A stretch of 64,000 nt of DNA from Trueperaceae bacterium (GCA_965213705.1 OZ243913.1:4000001-4064000); one strand, 5' to 3'. Numbered from the stretch's first letter, positions 19,392-29,000 are shown. The notes: generated by a model not told the origin, from the sequence alone. A program made the numbers and translations.

Positions 19392-20042
19392 TACCCTTTC
19401 CGTTTCATTCCCTCAGAATTAAGTGCGGGCAGAGCGAGAAGAAATACGGACTAGCGACAAGGGAGCGAACAACTCTTCCAAGGAGAGCTGTAGTATAAGA
19501 ATCCGTACAACACGGTACCGCCCCGACTGTCGGGGGCACGACTCGGCAACAAAGCAGTGCTCACAACGAGGCGTCCAGCATCTCGCCACACAAGTTTTCG
19601 GTGTAAAGCTCGTAGCACGGAGTCTGAACAAATTCGCCGTAAATAAAACCCAAGCACTCGCGAGACGGTGTTGAAAAGACGCCGAGTCGTCGTCGAGATG
19701 TTGCTGAGACGGTGCAAAAAAGCGCTCGGTGCTTGGGACGTCGAAGTGATGGACTCGTGGACGAAGTAGTGCGTGATGTTTAAGCCCAAAAACAGTATAC
19801 ATGAAAACTCTGACTTTTTTCTTAATCCTCGTTCAACGTCCGAAAACGCGACAAAAAAAGCCAAAAATTACCCTTCAAAGCTCGAGACGGCCTCCAAACA
19901 AGGCGGCTCCCACAGTTGCCCTGCACACATTCGACTTTGAGGCTTTTACTGCGCTACGCTCGCCCACCGAGAACCGGGTAAGAAACCAAAAAACTGAGCT
20001 TGTAGCCCCGCCCCAGTCCCACTCAGGCGGCTTCCTCGCCGG

Positions 20043-20708
20043 TCACGAGGTCCCGACGAGGTCCCGTAGCGCCTTGCGTTGGCGGCGGTGCCCGACGTGG
20101 CCGACGACCACACCCTGCACCGTCACCTCTGTAAGCGGCAGCCGCAAGGGTGCGTAGGCCGCGTTCTCAGCGACGAGGAGCGCGTCACCGCCCTGTTGGT
20201 AATAGCGTTTCAGGGTCGCCGTTTCCTCGTCCGGCAAAAACGCGACGACGACCTCGCCGTCGAGCACTTCTCGGGTTGGGTGGACGACGACGTAGTCGCC
20301 GGGTAGGTAGCCCGCGCCCAACATCGAGTCGCCGTCTACTTTAAGCAAAAAGTCCCCCTCGTGCAGTGGCAACAGGTCGCTCAAGCGGTCGGTGTAGCTC
20401 TCTACTTGCTCGGCGGCGTGGAGCGGTTGCCCCGCCGCGATACAGCCGAGAACGGCAAAACCGGGTTTTTCCAGCAGCGCGCTCGCCTTGGGCGTCAGCA
20501 CGGGCGTCAGGGCTTGGCGGTCCTGCGCTTTGAAGTTCACGTAACCCAGGTCGCGCAACCGCCACACGTGCTCGCGCGTGTTTTGGCGGCTTATGGCGAT
20601 GCGTTTGGACAGCTCGGTCACCGTGGGCGGCCGGCGAAGCGCTTCGCACAGGGCGGCGACCGCCTGCAGCACTTCTTTCTGACGTTCGGTCAGCTCCGAC
20701 TTGGTCAT
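20043..20708 (-). CDS. lexA: LexA-family repressor
   Basis: LTERQKEVL...PPTVTEL wHTH; Ala-Gly cleavage site IAAGQP; catalytic GDSM (Ser) and TLKR (Lys). Confidence 0.92.
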   Translation of the reverse strand: MTKSELTERQKEVLQAVAALCEALRRPPTVTELSKRIAISRQNTREHVWRLRDLGYVNFKAQDRQALTPVLTPKASALLEKPGFAVLGCIAAGQPLHAAEQVESYTDRLSDLLPLHEGDFLLKVDGDSMLGAGYLPGDYVVVHPTREVLDGEVVVAFLPDEETATLKRYYQQGGDALLVAENAAYAPLRLPLTEVTVQGVVVGHVGHRRQRKALRDLVGTS

Positions 20709-20718
20709 CGCCCTCATC

Positions 20719-20730
20719 ATGTCACGTGCC
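20719..20730. promoter_or_regulatory. Candidate operator ATGTCACGTGCC over the lexA -10 region
   Basis: 11/12 identical to the motif at 26838-26849; overlaps TG-a-CATGAT on the minus strand. Confidence 0.55.
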
Positions 20731-20819
20731 GCTCGTTGTGTTCGTACTGAAACCCTCAAAACCTATCCCGGGAGAGCGGTAACCCGTATGAACACGTCTC
20801 GTCCGCCTTATGGGGGTGC

Positions 20820-21296
20820 TCAGCCCTGCCCAAGCAGTTCCTCGAGCTGAAACGCGTGCCGAACCGGGTGCATAGCGGCGTGCTCGAGCATGACGTCGAT
20901 GCAGAGGTGATGCGTTCCCGCGTTGGCAACGTACTCGGGGTGGTAAAACTTTTCTTCTTCAACGTCGGCAAGGGGCAAGCGCCAGCGCTCGAGCAGGTGC
21001 TCCAAATAAGCATCTGCCTCCTTGCCGACGACGGCGGAATCCGGGGCAGGCTTAATCTCAGGGTCAGGTAGATTGAGTTGCTTGCACGTCCAAGTCATGT
21101 AGCCTCGTGCAGCGCCCAGAACATGGCTCAGCAAGGTTTCCAGAGACGCATAGTTGCCATCCTCTGTTTGCGGCAGTTTGACTTGGGCGGCTTTCGCCTG
21201 TTTCCAGACACTTAGACACTCGCGCATATGTTTTTCGTGCAAGAGCACCAACGCTCTTGCACCCCGATGTTGGTAGTCGCTCAGTTCTTTAGCCAC
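20820..21296 (-). CDS. DinB family protein
   Basis: LLSHV...MLEHAAMHPVRH His pattern. Confidence 0.75.
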   Translation of the reverse strand: MAKELSDYQHRGARALVLLHEKHMRECLSVWKQAKAAQVKLPQTEDGNYASLETLLSHVLGAARGYMTWTCKQLNLPDPEIKPAPDSAVVGKEADAYLEHLLERWRLPLADVEEEKFYHPEYVANAGTHHLCIDVMLEHAAMHPVRHAFQLEELLGQG

Positions 21297-21299
21297 AAC

Positions 21300-21764
21300 T
21301 TACCTCTCGTAAAATTTGGGCAGCTCGAGGCCTAAGAGTCTCAGGTAAACGAACCCTTGGCTCCGGTGGTGAATCTCGTTGTCGATGACGTAGAAAATCC
21401 GCTCGAGGTTGCTCGCAGTCATGCCCCAAGCGTCGGTTTCCACAAGCTGGAACTTGGCCGTATCCAAGCTTGCGTAAATTTCTTTCGTCCGCTCCTGCAC
21501 CTCGCCGAAGGCGTGCAGCAACTCGGCTTTGGTCTCTAGGCCGTCGTAGGTGGGTTCCCAAGTCCATTCACCCGTAGCGAGACCCTGAAACACCGCCGTT
21601 TCCACATTGAGGAGTTCCCATAGCAGTTCGGCAAAGGTGCGCATTCCCTCGACTTTATAGCTGGCGAGTTGGTCTTGGGGATACGCTTCGAGGGTGCGCA
21701 GGGTCAGGCGGCGGTGGCCTTGCCAGTGCTCAAGTAGTTTTTCTTTGCTTAGCAATTCGCTCAT
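21300..21764 (-). CDS. DinB family protein
   Basis: HWQGHRRLT...IDNEIHHRSQGFVYLR. Confidence 0.92.
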   Translation of the reverse strand: MSELLSKEKLLEHWQGHRRLTLRTLEAYPQDQLASYKVEGMRTFAELLWELLNVETAVFQGLATGEWTWEPTYDGLETKAELLHAFGEVQERTKEIYASLDTAKFQLVETDAWGMTASNLERIFYVIDNEIHHRSQGFVYLRLLGLELPKFYER

Positions 21765-21797
21765 ATTTTTCTCTCGTCCTTGCTTCTTCTATTTTCT

Positions 21798-22265
21798 TTA
21801 ACGCTCGTAGAATGCAGGTGGCTCAATGCCAAGTAGCCTCAAATAAACATAGCCTTGTGCGCGGTGATGGATTTCGTTATCAATCATGTAAAGTAGACGT
21901 TCACGATTAGGTTTCTCTGCCCCACCAGCATCTATTTCCACTGCCTCGATCCTTTCAGGTGTCAACTGTGTCCACACTGCTCGAGTTGTCTGCGCCGTCT
22001 CTTTAAAGACTGTGAGAAGAGCTTCTTTATTAAAAACGCTTTTGTATTTAGGCTGCCATACCCAATCTCCAGATAGAACACTGTGGAGAAAGTTCACTTC
22101 TATTTCGAGAATCTCAACCATCATTTTGCCGAATGACCGCATCGGCACGACAGTGTAGTCAAAGAGTTTGGCTTCAGGAAATGCCTCAACGGTACGAAGC
22201 GTTAAACGGCGGTGGCCTTGCCAGTGCTCGAGTAGCGCTTCAGGGGTCAACAACGATTGGCTCAT
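21798..22265 (-). CDS. DinB family protein (paralog of 21300-21764)
   Basis: HWQGHRRLT...IDNEIHHRAQGYVYLRLLGIEPP. Confidence 0.92.
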   Translation of the reverse strand: MSQSLLTPEALLEHWQGHRRLTLRTVEAFPEAKLFDYTVVPMRSFGKMMVEILEIEVNFLHSVLSGDWVWQPKYKSVFNKEALLTVFKETAQTTRAVWTQLTPERIEAVEIDAGGAEKPNRERLLYMIDNEIHHRAQGYVYLRLLGIEPPAFYER

Positions 22266-22325
22266 AACCTAGTCTCCTTTTACGAATGTATAAACCTCAT
22301 CATTTTTCTCTGGACGGCGTCATGG

Positions 22326-22802
22326 TTATTCGTTTTTCCACGGCCCCCACATAACGTCGTCACCGGGCAGCGGGAAGCCGGAAGTTTTCAGCGCCAGCAA
22401 CACCTGCCCCCGGTGGTGCGCGTCGTGGACCATCATGTGGATGAGGTAGGCGTCTAAGCTCGTATGGGGTAAGTCCCCTGTATCATCAGCGGTTTCGGCG
22501 GCGTCCAAGACAGCGTCGGCGGTTTGCTGGGCGACTTCGCGGATGCGCCCTAAGTCGGTTTCGGCAACAAAGCCCTCAGCCTCCTCGTCATAAAGGTTAG
22601 GCAGCGGCTCGAGTCTCGCTTTGGCAAACTTTGTGCCAAAATGCTTGGGCGTACCCACGAACTCCGCGATGTGCTGCGCCACGGTCCAACCACCCCCAGG
22701 GGTCTGCGCCGTCACCATGTCGGGGGTGAGGTGCTCTAAGAGCGTCCTATTGATGCGGGTATTGGCTTGCCAGGCTTTTTTGACGGATGGACTCAAAGAC
22801 AT
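22326..22802 (-). CDS. DinB family protein
   Basis: WTVAQHI...HMMVHDAHHRGQ. Confidence 0.9.
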   Translation of the reverse strand: MSLSPSVKKAWQANTRINRTLLEHLTPDMVTAQTPGGGWTVAQHIAEFVGTPKHFGTKFAKARLEPLPNLYDEEAEGFVAETDLGRIREVAQQTADAVLDAAETADDTGDLPHTSLDAYLIHMMVHDAHHRGQVLLALKTSGFPLPGDDVMWGPWKNE

Positions 22803-22951
22803 GATGTTCCTTTCTTAATGGTGGCGAAAATGGATTCGGACGCCTTGATTGGCGTGAGTCTCCTTGACTGAACCGCGCTGATTTGTGAGGGATGTGCCGA
22901 CCAGTGGCGGCCTCAGTCTAACAGATGAACGGGCATCACCTCCAGAATGTC

Positions 22952-23512
22952 TCAATAAACTGTGCATAGGCGAAATTCCCTTTGCGCCGCCTGAAACGCC
23001 TCTCGAGTCATCGCGTAGTAAGCGCCGCCGTTCGCGTCGAAATGCTCATTTTCGGTACGCTTCAGACCGGCTTTTTCAATGACGCGCAAGGACGCACTAT
23101 TGGAAAGTAGCGCGCCCGCGCCGATGCGCTCGAGCTTCAAGTGGGTAAAGCCGTACCACAAACACGCCTGCATGATTTCCGTTGCCAAGCCAAGCCCCCA
23201 GTACGCTTTGGCGAGGATATAGGCGACCTCCGCTGGAGCCACAAACCCGCCCATGCCGATGAGCACGGCGTCCGCCTTATGCACGACCGCCCACAAACCC
23301 CACGGTTGTTGCGCCCACTGAGTCCGGTACTCGCCCAGCGTTTGGACCACCTGTTCCCTTGTCTGAACGCCGTCACTGATGAACGCCATCACGTCGGGGT
23401 CGCCATAAATTCCAGCGAGGTCGTCCGCGTCTTCCGGTCTGAACTGGCGCAGGTACAAGCGGGGTGTTTCAAGGTCTCGAGCTTCTGGGTGAAGCGAGCG
23501 TTTTTCTCTCAT
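22952..23512 (-). CDS. GNAT N-acetyltransferase (RimJ/RimL type)
   Basis: ETPRLYLR, YWGLGLATE, NSASLRVIEKAG. Confidence 0.9.
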   Translation of the reverse strand: MREKRSLHPEARDLETPRLYLRQFRPEDADDLAGIYGDPDVMAFISDGVQTREQVVQTLGEYRTQWAQQPWGLWAVVHKADAVLIGMGGFVAPAEVAYILAKAYWGLGLATEIMQACLWYGFTHLKLERIGAGALLSNSASLRVIEKAGLKRTENEHFDANGGAYYAMTREAFQAAQREFRLCTVY

Positions 23513-23514
23513 AG

Positions 23515-23997
23515 CTAAGATGTTCCAACCGCCCCGACCATCTGCCGAATCGCCCCCAAATGGTAAGCCGCGTGCGGCGTAAAAGCCAGCATCACCGTCA
23601 GCATCTGCTCGTCGGCAATCTCCTCTTGAGCTTGAATCGCACGGTGAAGCGTTTCGTACTCGCTTTTGAGGTCGGCGCGGAGCTCTTCCCAGGCGGCAGC
23701 GTCCACGGTTTGCACCGTCCAGCTTTCCGCCCAGTTCAGCTCCGGGGTTTCGCCCCGCGTGAAAGCGTTGGCGAGCGCCAGACTCCAGTGCACATGTTCG
23801 GTGTGCGCGGCGATGCTCGAGCCACTCGGCTGGCGGCTCGAGGCCTCCTCAGCACTCACGTTCTCGAGCGTTCCTAAAAGCCCGGAGCCCGGTTCGTTGT
23901 TGATAAACCAGGTGTAGGCGTGGTTGGGGCCGGTGTAGGCTTCGCTGAACAGTTCAGCAAGGATGGTAGTCAAGGTTTCATTGGGGATACTGGTCAT
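23515..23997 (-). CDS. DinB family protein
   Basis: SIAAHTEHV...PHAAYHLGAIRQ. Confidence 0.88.
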   Translation of the reverse strand: MTSIPNETLTTILAELFSEAYTGPNHAYTWFINNEPGSGLLGTLENVSAEEASSRQPSGSSIAAHTEHVHWSLALANAFTRGETPELNWAESWTVQTVDAAAWEELRADLKSEYETLHRAIQAQEEIADEQMLTVMLAFTPHAAYHLGAIRQMVGAVGTS

Positions 23998-24085
23998 GAT
24001 TGATCCTCAGCAAAGGTTATGAGAGGGTCGTTCTCGAGTAAGCTTTTCTCAAAAACAGCTTGCATAGCTCATTCCTTTCAGCGGG

Positions 24086-24457
24086 TCAACCAACCTGAGT
24101 GGCGAGCCACCAGGTATTGCCTGCCGGGTCCTTGACCCCGCCCCGGCGGTCGGGTTCGTCTTTCTGAACAGGCTCCTGCACGGAGACACCCCCCGCTTTC
24201 AGTGCGCGCTGATAGGCAGCGTCTACGTCGGGCACGTAAACGTGCAGCCAGACCGGAAAAGGTTGGTCGGTATCGGCAATCATGACGACGGTGTCGTCTA
24301 TCTGAACTTCGGCGTGCATGACGGAACCGTCCGAATTGTGGAAGCGCCGTAGCACCTCAGCACCCAACGCCTCAGTCAGAAAGTCAATAACGTGTTGCGC
24401 CCCGTTCGCCATGATGTAAACCGAGACGCTGGCGTAGCCTTGCGGTTTATAGGTCAT
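24086..24457 (-). CDS. VOC family protein (PhnB-like)
   Basis: VMHAEVQIDD...YVPDVDAAYQRAL...RRGGVKDPAGNTW. Confidence 0.92.
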   Translation of the reverse strand: MTYKPQGYASVSVYIMANGAQHVIDFLTEALGAEVLRRFHNSDGSVMHAEVQIDDTVVMIADTDQPFPVWLHVYVPDVDAAYQRALKAGGVSVQEPVQKDEPDRRGGVKDPAGNTWWLATQVG

Positions 24458-24465
24458 AAATTCTC

Positions 24466-24831
24466 CTATCCTGCTTTGAAATGTGGGTTTTGAATGATAC
24501 CGAGCGCGTTGCCGAACAGGTCTTCGACCAGCGCCGTTTTGATACCGTCACCGACATCCTCAACTTGATTGATGGCGGTTGCGCCCAGCTCGAGCAACCG
24601 TTTGAAAACCGCTTCGATGTCGTCTACTCGCCAGTACGGAACGCTCCCGCCCAAACCTTGCAAACTCTCGTTACGGTCGGGTTGCAGGCCGAGTTCGTAA
24701 CCCCCAACATCGAAGCCGACGTAAAAGGCTTCGTCAAAGTAAGGTTGGACGCCCAACACCTCGCTGTACCAGGCTTTAGCTTTTTCAATGTCGGGGGCGT
24801 GATAAATGGCGGTGACTAACTGCTTGAACAT
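24466..24831 (-). CDS. VOC / glyoxalase-bleomycin resistance family protein
   Basis: DIEKAKAWYSEVLG...YWRVDDI...DLFGNALGI. Confidence 0.92.
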   Translation of the reverse strand: MFKQLVTAIYHAPDIEKAKAWYSEVLGVQPYFDEAFYVGFDVGGYELGLQPDRNESLQGLGGSVPYWRVDDIEAVFKRLLELGATAINQVEDVGDGIKTALVEDLFGNALGIIQNPHFKAG

Positions 24832-24840
24832 ACGCTTTCC

Positions 24841-25461
24841 TTAGTGGGCCTTCTCAACGGGTTGCCTGAGCACGGTTCGCAGGTTCTCGGGCGCGGCTCT
24901 GCGAGGGTCGCCCAAATAGATTTCGTGGTGCTTGCCGCGCAGGGTGTACCCCTGTTGCTCGACAAAGTCGTGCAGCTTGGCAATCGTCGGCCCTTCGTCG
25001 TCGTAAGAACCTAGGTGCATAATTTGCGCGGCCAAACCTTCGTGATAGCTTTCAAACCTGAGCTTAGCCAACGCGACGGGATTTTTCTTTTTTTCGACTT
25101 CGGCTTTTGTTTCGTCAAACAGTTTTTCTGTGACCTCTTCGGGCTGCATTATCAGCATCGTCCAGTGCCAAGCGTCTTTGTCTCGAGCGCTCGTAAAGGT
25201 ACGCATATCGTCCGCCCACCACAGGCCCTCGAGCGGCATCACGACATAATCGACCCCCGCAGTCTTTTTGACCTTGAACTTGAGCGCGTAAGCCACCGCG
25301 TAAAGCGCCTCGACCGCCTCCGCGTAACGCAGTGAGGTGTTGGGGTTGCCTTGACCGTCAATCATCAAAAAGTTCATAGCGAGAACCCCGACTGTGACGA
25401 CTTCTTTGGCTGAAGGCTTGTAAAGATGCTTCAGTTCTTTTTTGTAATCAACTTTCGTCAC
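24841..25461 (-). CDS. GyrI-like small-molecule-binding protein
   Basis: DYKKELKHLY...PLEGLWW...HLGSYDDE...HHEIYLGDPRR. Confidence 0.9.
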   Translation of the reverse strand: MTKVDYKKELKHLYKPSAKEVVTVGVLAMNFLMIDGQGNPNTSLRYAEAVEALYAVAYALKFKVKKTAGVDYVVMPLEGLWWADDMRTFTSARDKDAWHWTMLIMQPEEVTEKLFDETKAEVEKKKNPVALAKLRFESYHEGLAAQIMHLGSYDDEGPTIAKLHDFVEQQGYTLRGKHHEIYLGDPRRAAPENLRTVLRQPVEKAH

Positions 25462-25865
25462 GCGTTTTTCTCTTCGCCGAGGCTGTACTCAAAGGTGTAG
25501 CCGTGCTCTCCCCCACTCACTTCTATCGTCATCTGCCCCTTCAGCCCCACTAGTTCCCCCGTACCCGAATCCGGCACGACGGTGATGTTCTGCTCGCCCT
25601 CGCCGCGGGTCATGGTGCTCGAGTGTTGCAAGACGAACGTTCCCTGCCGTCCGTGCAGCGTGCCCGTGAATTTTTCAATAGCGACGTAACCGGCAGAATT
25701 TTCAACGCTCGTTCTGGCGCTCAGCATCTCGCCTTTACTCGTGCCCTCCAAGTCGCCGTGAAACTGCTTGGCGATGGACAGCCTGCCAAGGCTCGCGTCC
25801 GCTTCGGGGTCGGACAGAACTTGTGGTTTCAGGTCGACTTCGAAAGTGCCGCTGGCTTTCGTCAT
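25458..25865 (-). CDS. DUF3224 family protein
   Basis: KQFHGDLEGTS...GYVAIE.FTGTLHGRQGTFVLQH...VVPDSGTGEL. Confidence 0.9.
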   Translation of the reverse strand: MTKASGTFEVDLKPQVLSDPEADASLGRLSIAKQFHGDLEGTSKGEMLSARTSVENSAGYVAIEKFTGTLHGRQGTFVLQHSSTMTRGEGEQNITVVPDSGTGELVGLKGQMTIEVSGGEHGYTFEYSLGEEKNA

Positions 25866-25902
25866 ATGTTCCTCTTTCTGAAAGGGGCTCGAGCCCAAGC
25901 GT

Positions 25903-26319
25903 TTACGCTTTTTTTGAACGCATCGCCTCGAGGTGGGCTATCGTTTGGTCGCTCGCAAGTTTTTTGTAGTTCGTGTCTTCGACGGCGACCAGGGCGAGCC
26001 TTCCCTCCTCGTCGCTGTGAATCCCCCAGCCGTAGCGTTTGGGCAGCGGCGACGCCCGCATACACGGCTGACCTTTTGAGAAGAATCTTTCTCGCCCGGT
26101 TGCACGGTCCTTTTCGGGAATACCCTGTCTTTCTGCGTACACGGCGAACAGCACGTCGTCGGAGGTGTAGCGGTAGGGATGCTCGAGAATCATGCTGTAC
26201 TGAAGGCTCGCAACTGTTTTCTTATCACCTTTTTGTGGAGGAACTTCCGCCACCGTTACCGGACAATCTTCCGCAACCTCGATAAACGTGTTGGCGTAAT
26301 TGGTGGTGTGATGTTTCAT
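25903..26319 (-). CDS. DUF6157 family protein
   Basis: HTTNYANTFIEVAEDCP...FFSKGQPCMRASPLPKRYGWGIH. Confidence 0.82.
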   Translation of the reverse strand: MKHHTTNYANTFIEVAEDCPVTVAEVPPQKGDKKTVASLQYSMILEHPYRYTSDDVLFAVYAERQGIPEKDRATGRERFFSKGQPCMRASPLPKRYGWGIHSDEEGRLALVAVEDTNYKKLASDQTIAHLEAMRSKKA

Positions 26320-26353
26320 TTCCCCTCACTTTCAAGTGTTGCCAAGCTCGAGC

Positions 26354-26764
26354 CTACGCTCGCCGCACATCGAAAAATTGCCCGTAAGCAAAAAAGTGGG
26401 GCGGTGGGAGAGCCGCCCCGGGAAGGGATTGGGACACCGAACGTAAACCGACTTCGCCGCCTTTGGTATCTTCGAAGACGGCGATAAAGCCGTTTTCGCC
26501 GATGCTCGTTTTTGCCTGCAGCACTGCGCCGCCTGCCGCCTCGACGCGGTCCTGGACGATTTGTAAGTCGTCACCACCGTTCAGGTGAGGAAGCGTACCG
26601 TTGTGTCTCAGCGTGTAGTCTGCGCCCTGCACGAGTGCGCCGCCGACGCCGTCGGGAGTAGGGAAAACTGCCATTTTGTGCCCGTCGAGCATGGGATAGT
26701 CCTCGAGCTTGGCGCTCTCCATGCCTTTCACGGGAACGTCGAACCCGTTGAGGACACTTTTCAT
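26354..26764 (-). pseudogene. VOC family gene, probably degenerate
   Basis: GVGGALVQG...RVEAAGG.VL..KTSIGENGFIAVFEDT; lacks the usual FY..VLG segment and runs past the expected C-terminus. Confidence 0.6.
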
Positions 26765-26837
26765 ACACGTCTCCCTGGTTGACGTCTCCTCAGTTGACCT
26801 CTCCTCGGTGTGGCTCCCCAGCGGCGTGCGGGTGGTT

Positions 26838-26885
26838 ATGTCACGTGACACCCTTAGTATATACAGGTAGCTCGAAATTTGACAA
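26838..26885 (-). promoter_or_regulatory. Promoter and palindromic operator of the DinB/VOC cluster
   Basis: TTGTCA (26885-26880), 18 nt, TATACT (26861-26856), then the perfect palindrome TGTCACGTGACA (26839-26850). Confidence 0.6.
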
Positions 26886-26962
26886 GTCCTCTCGAGGTAC
26901 TCTAAGGGCGCTGCTACTGACGCAATCGTTTTAAGAGAGTTACATGAATACCGGAGGCACTT

Positions 26963-27748
26963 ATGGCAAGTCGAGTTCTAACGCAGACCAACAACGACGT
27001 TCTCAGGCAAATCGTCAACATCTTCGCGCTCGGGGCAGTGCTGACCGTGAACGTGCTGTCAAACGCCCTACCCATCAACGGGCGCACCGCGGGCGAGATT
27101 TCCGACGCTTACCCCAGCCTCGTCACCCCGGCGGGTTACGTGTTCAGCATTTGGGGGCTCATCTACACGCTGCTCATCGTGTTCGTCGTCTACCAGGCAC
27201 TACCCGCACAGAAAGACAACCCCAGGTTAGAGCGTCTGGGCTACATGTTCGCGTTGAGCTGCGCCTGCAACTTTTTCTGGATTTTTGCCTGGCACTACGG
27301 CGTGGTTTGGCTCAGCGAACTGTTGATGTTGGGGCTGCTCGCTTCGCTGATTGTGTGCTACAACCGGCTCGGCATCGGCAAGACGGAGGTGTCCGCCGCT
27401 GAAAAATGGGCGGTGCGGTTGGCCTTTAGCGTTTATTTGGGCTGGATTACCGTGGCGACGATTGCCAACACGACGGTGCTACTGCTCGAGTGGGGTGTCG
27501 AGGGCGGCTGGCTCGCGCCGGTTTGGGCGGTCATCGTCATAGGGGTTGCGGCCGCCATCGGCCTGCTCGTGTTGCGGCGGCGCGGCGACGTGCCTTACAG
27601 CCTCGTTTTAGTGTGGGCGTTTTTCGGCATCGCGGTCAGCCAGTGGGGTGCCGAAGCTTTCGTGGTCATCACGGCGCTCGTGGCGGCGGGTGTGCTGGCG
27701 GTGTTGGCTTACCGACGCATCAGAGAACCGAAAAGCGTGGCGGTTTAG
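26963..27748 (+). CDS. TspO/MBR-related tryptophan-rich sensory membrane protein
   Basis: TPAGYVFSIWGLIY...FWIFAWHY...FSVYLGWITVATIAN. Confidence 0.85.
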   Translation: MASRVLTQTNNDVLRQIVNIFALGAVLTVNVLSNALPINGRTAGEISDAYPSLVTPAGYVFSIWGLIYTLLIVFVVYQALPAQKDNPRLERLGYMFALSCACNFFWIFAWHYGVVWLSELLMLGLLASLIVCYNRLGIGKTEVSAAEKWAVRLAFSVYLGWITVATIANTTVLLLEWGVEGGWLAPVWAVIVIGVAAAIGLLVLRRRGDVPYSLVLVWAFFGIAVSQWGAEAFVVITALVAAGVLAVLAYRRIREPKSVAV

Positions 27749-27771
27749 AATCCGAGACTGCAGCCACGCCT

Positions 27772-28240
27772 TAGCTACGTCACGGCTGCGTCACGTTCAC
27801 CAGGTTCGAAGTGTTTTATCTGCAACGAGGTAAAACGCTCGAGCACCTTGATCAAGCTCACGTACCGACCCTTGTCACCGACGACGGCCGCTTTTTCAAC
27901 GTCTTTTATACGGACTCCGATACCACAGCTAATTAAACTCAAAGGGGTTTTTCGGCTCCTTGTCTTCAGGTTGCGACAGTTTCTTCTCGCTCCGCTCAGG
28001 TTGACAGAGGTCATGAACTGGAAAGGGTATGAGGTGTTTGGCGTCGTACTTCAGGTCTTCCCACAGCGCACCCGCTCGCGCCCCTTGGTGATGCGCTCCA
28101 CCGCCTCGATGATGGGTTGGTAGTCGTCCTTGTCGATCCTGCCGTCGGGTTCGTGCTCCACAGTGACCACGGGAACCTCCTTCAGGCGCAAATTTGTTCC
28201 AACCGTAAGACGAGGCTTGCAACCGAGAACGTGGGTTTGG
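27772..28240 (-). pseudogene. Frameshifted remnant of an unidentified multi-copy gene
   Basis: Composite reading ...VVTVEHEPDGRIDKDDYQPIIEAVERIT / EKKLSQPEDKEPKNPFEF / GIGVRIKDVEK...; DNA homology with 56150-56306. Confidence 0.5.
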
Positions 28241-28663
28241 CGGGTTCTGTAGAAAATTTTGAGAAAACCAAGTTCAAAAATAGGCAAAAAAAGAAGCGCC
28301 TCGTAAGCGCTGATAAAAAGTAGTATAGCCCGATATACGCTATTCGTCAAGAGGTTGCACTGTTGACCGGACAAAAGTCTGTAATAGTCCTTTTCCCAGA
28401 ACCTGAGAAGCCCAGTCCCTACGCGTACAAACCTGACGCCTCAAAAATTTTTCCAGAATACCCGTCCATAACGGTACAAATTGAGTTTCGTTTTCTTTTC
28501 TAACCCACGCAAGTCGTCTTAAATCGACGGAACCGTCAACGATTTGCAGGCGTTCAGCAGTCGTAGTCACGGCCCAGGGTTTAGGGTCGGTCAGCGGGAA
28601 GAAGCGAGCGCCCAGTTTACCCGGCAACACCACTTCTTGCCGCAGTCACGCTATAGTCTAGCC

Positions 28664-28999
28664 ATGAGCGACGCTTCCAACCTACCCGAAGTAAGTTCCA
28701 CCGAAGCCCAAAAAAGTCTCGAGAACGGCGCTGTTTTGGTCGATGTACGCGAACAAAACGAGTACACTGAAATCCGTATTCCCGGCAGCCTGCTCATCCC
28801 CTTGTCGGTTTTTGCCGAGCGGTTCGGGGAATTGCCCAAGGACAAACCCCTCGTCATGCAGTGCCGCAGCGGCGCGCGCAGCGCCAAGGCCGCCGAATAC
28901 CTGCTGGCGAACGGCTATACCGACGTGACCAACCTGACCGGCGGTATTTTGGCCTGGGACGAAGCGGGTTTGCCGGTTTTGCGGGGCGAAGAAAGATAA
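28664..28999 (+). CDS. Rhodanese-like domain protein
   Basis: LVDVRE..EY...IPG...CRSGARS...NLTGGILAW. Confidence 0.93.
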   Translation: MSDASNLPEVSSTEAQKSLENGAVLVDVREQNEYTEIRIPGSLLIPLSVFAERFGELPKDKPLVMQCRSGARSAKAAEYLLANGYTDVTNLTGGILAWDEAGLPVLRGEER

Positions 29000-29000
29000 A

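Noticed and set aside
26836..26852. DdrO radiation/desiccation response motif (starts TTATGT)
   Set aside because: The right half does not match the RDRM consensus
28340..28633. 97-aa minus-strand ORF next to the remnant
   Set aside because: No RBS or recognisable motif; coding status unsupported
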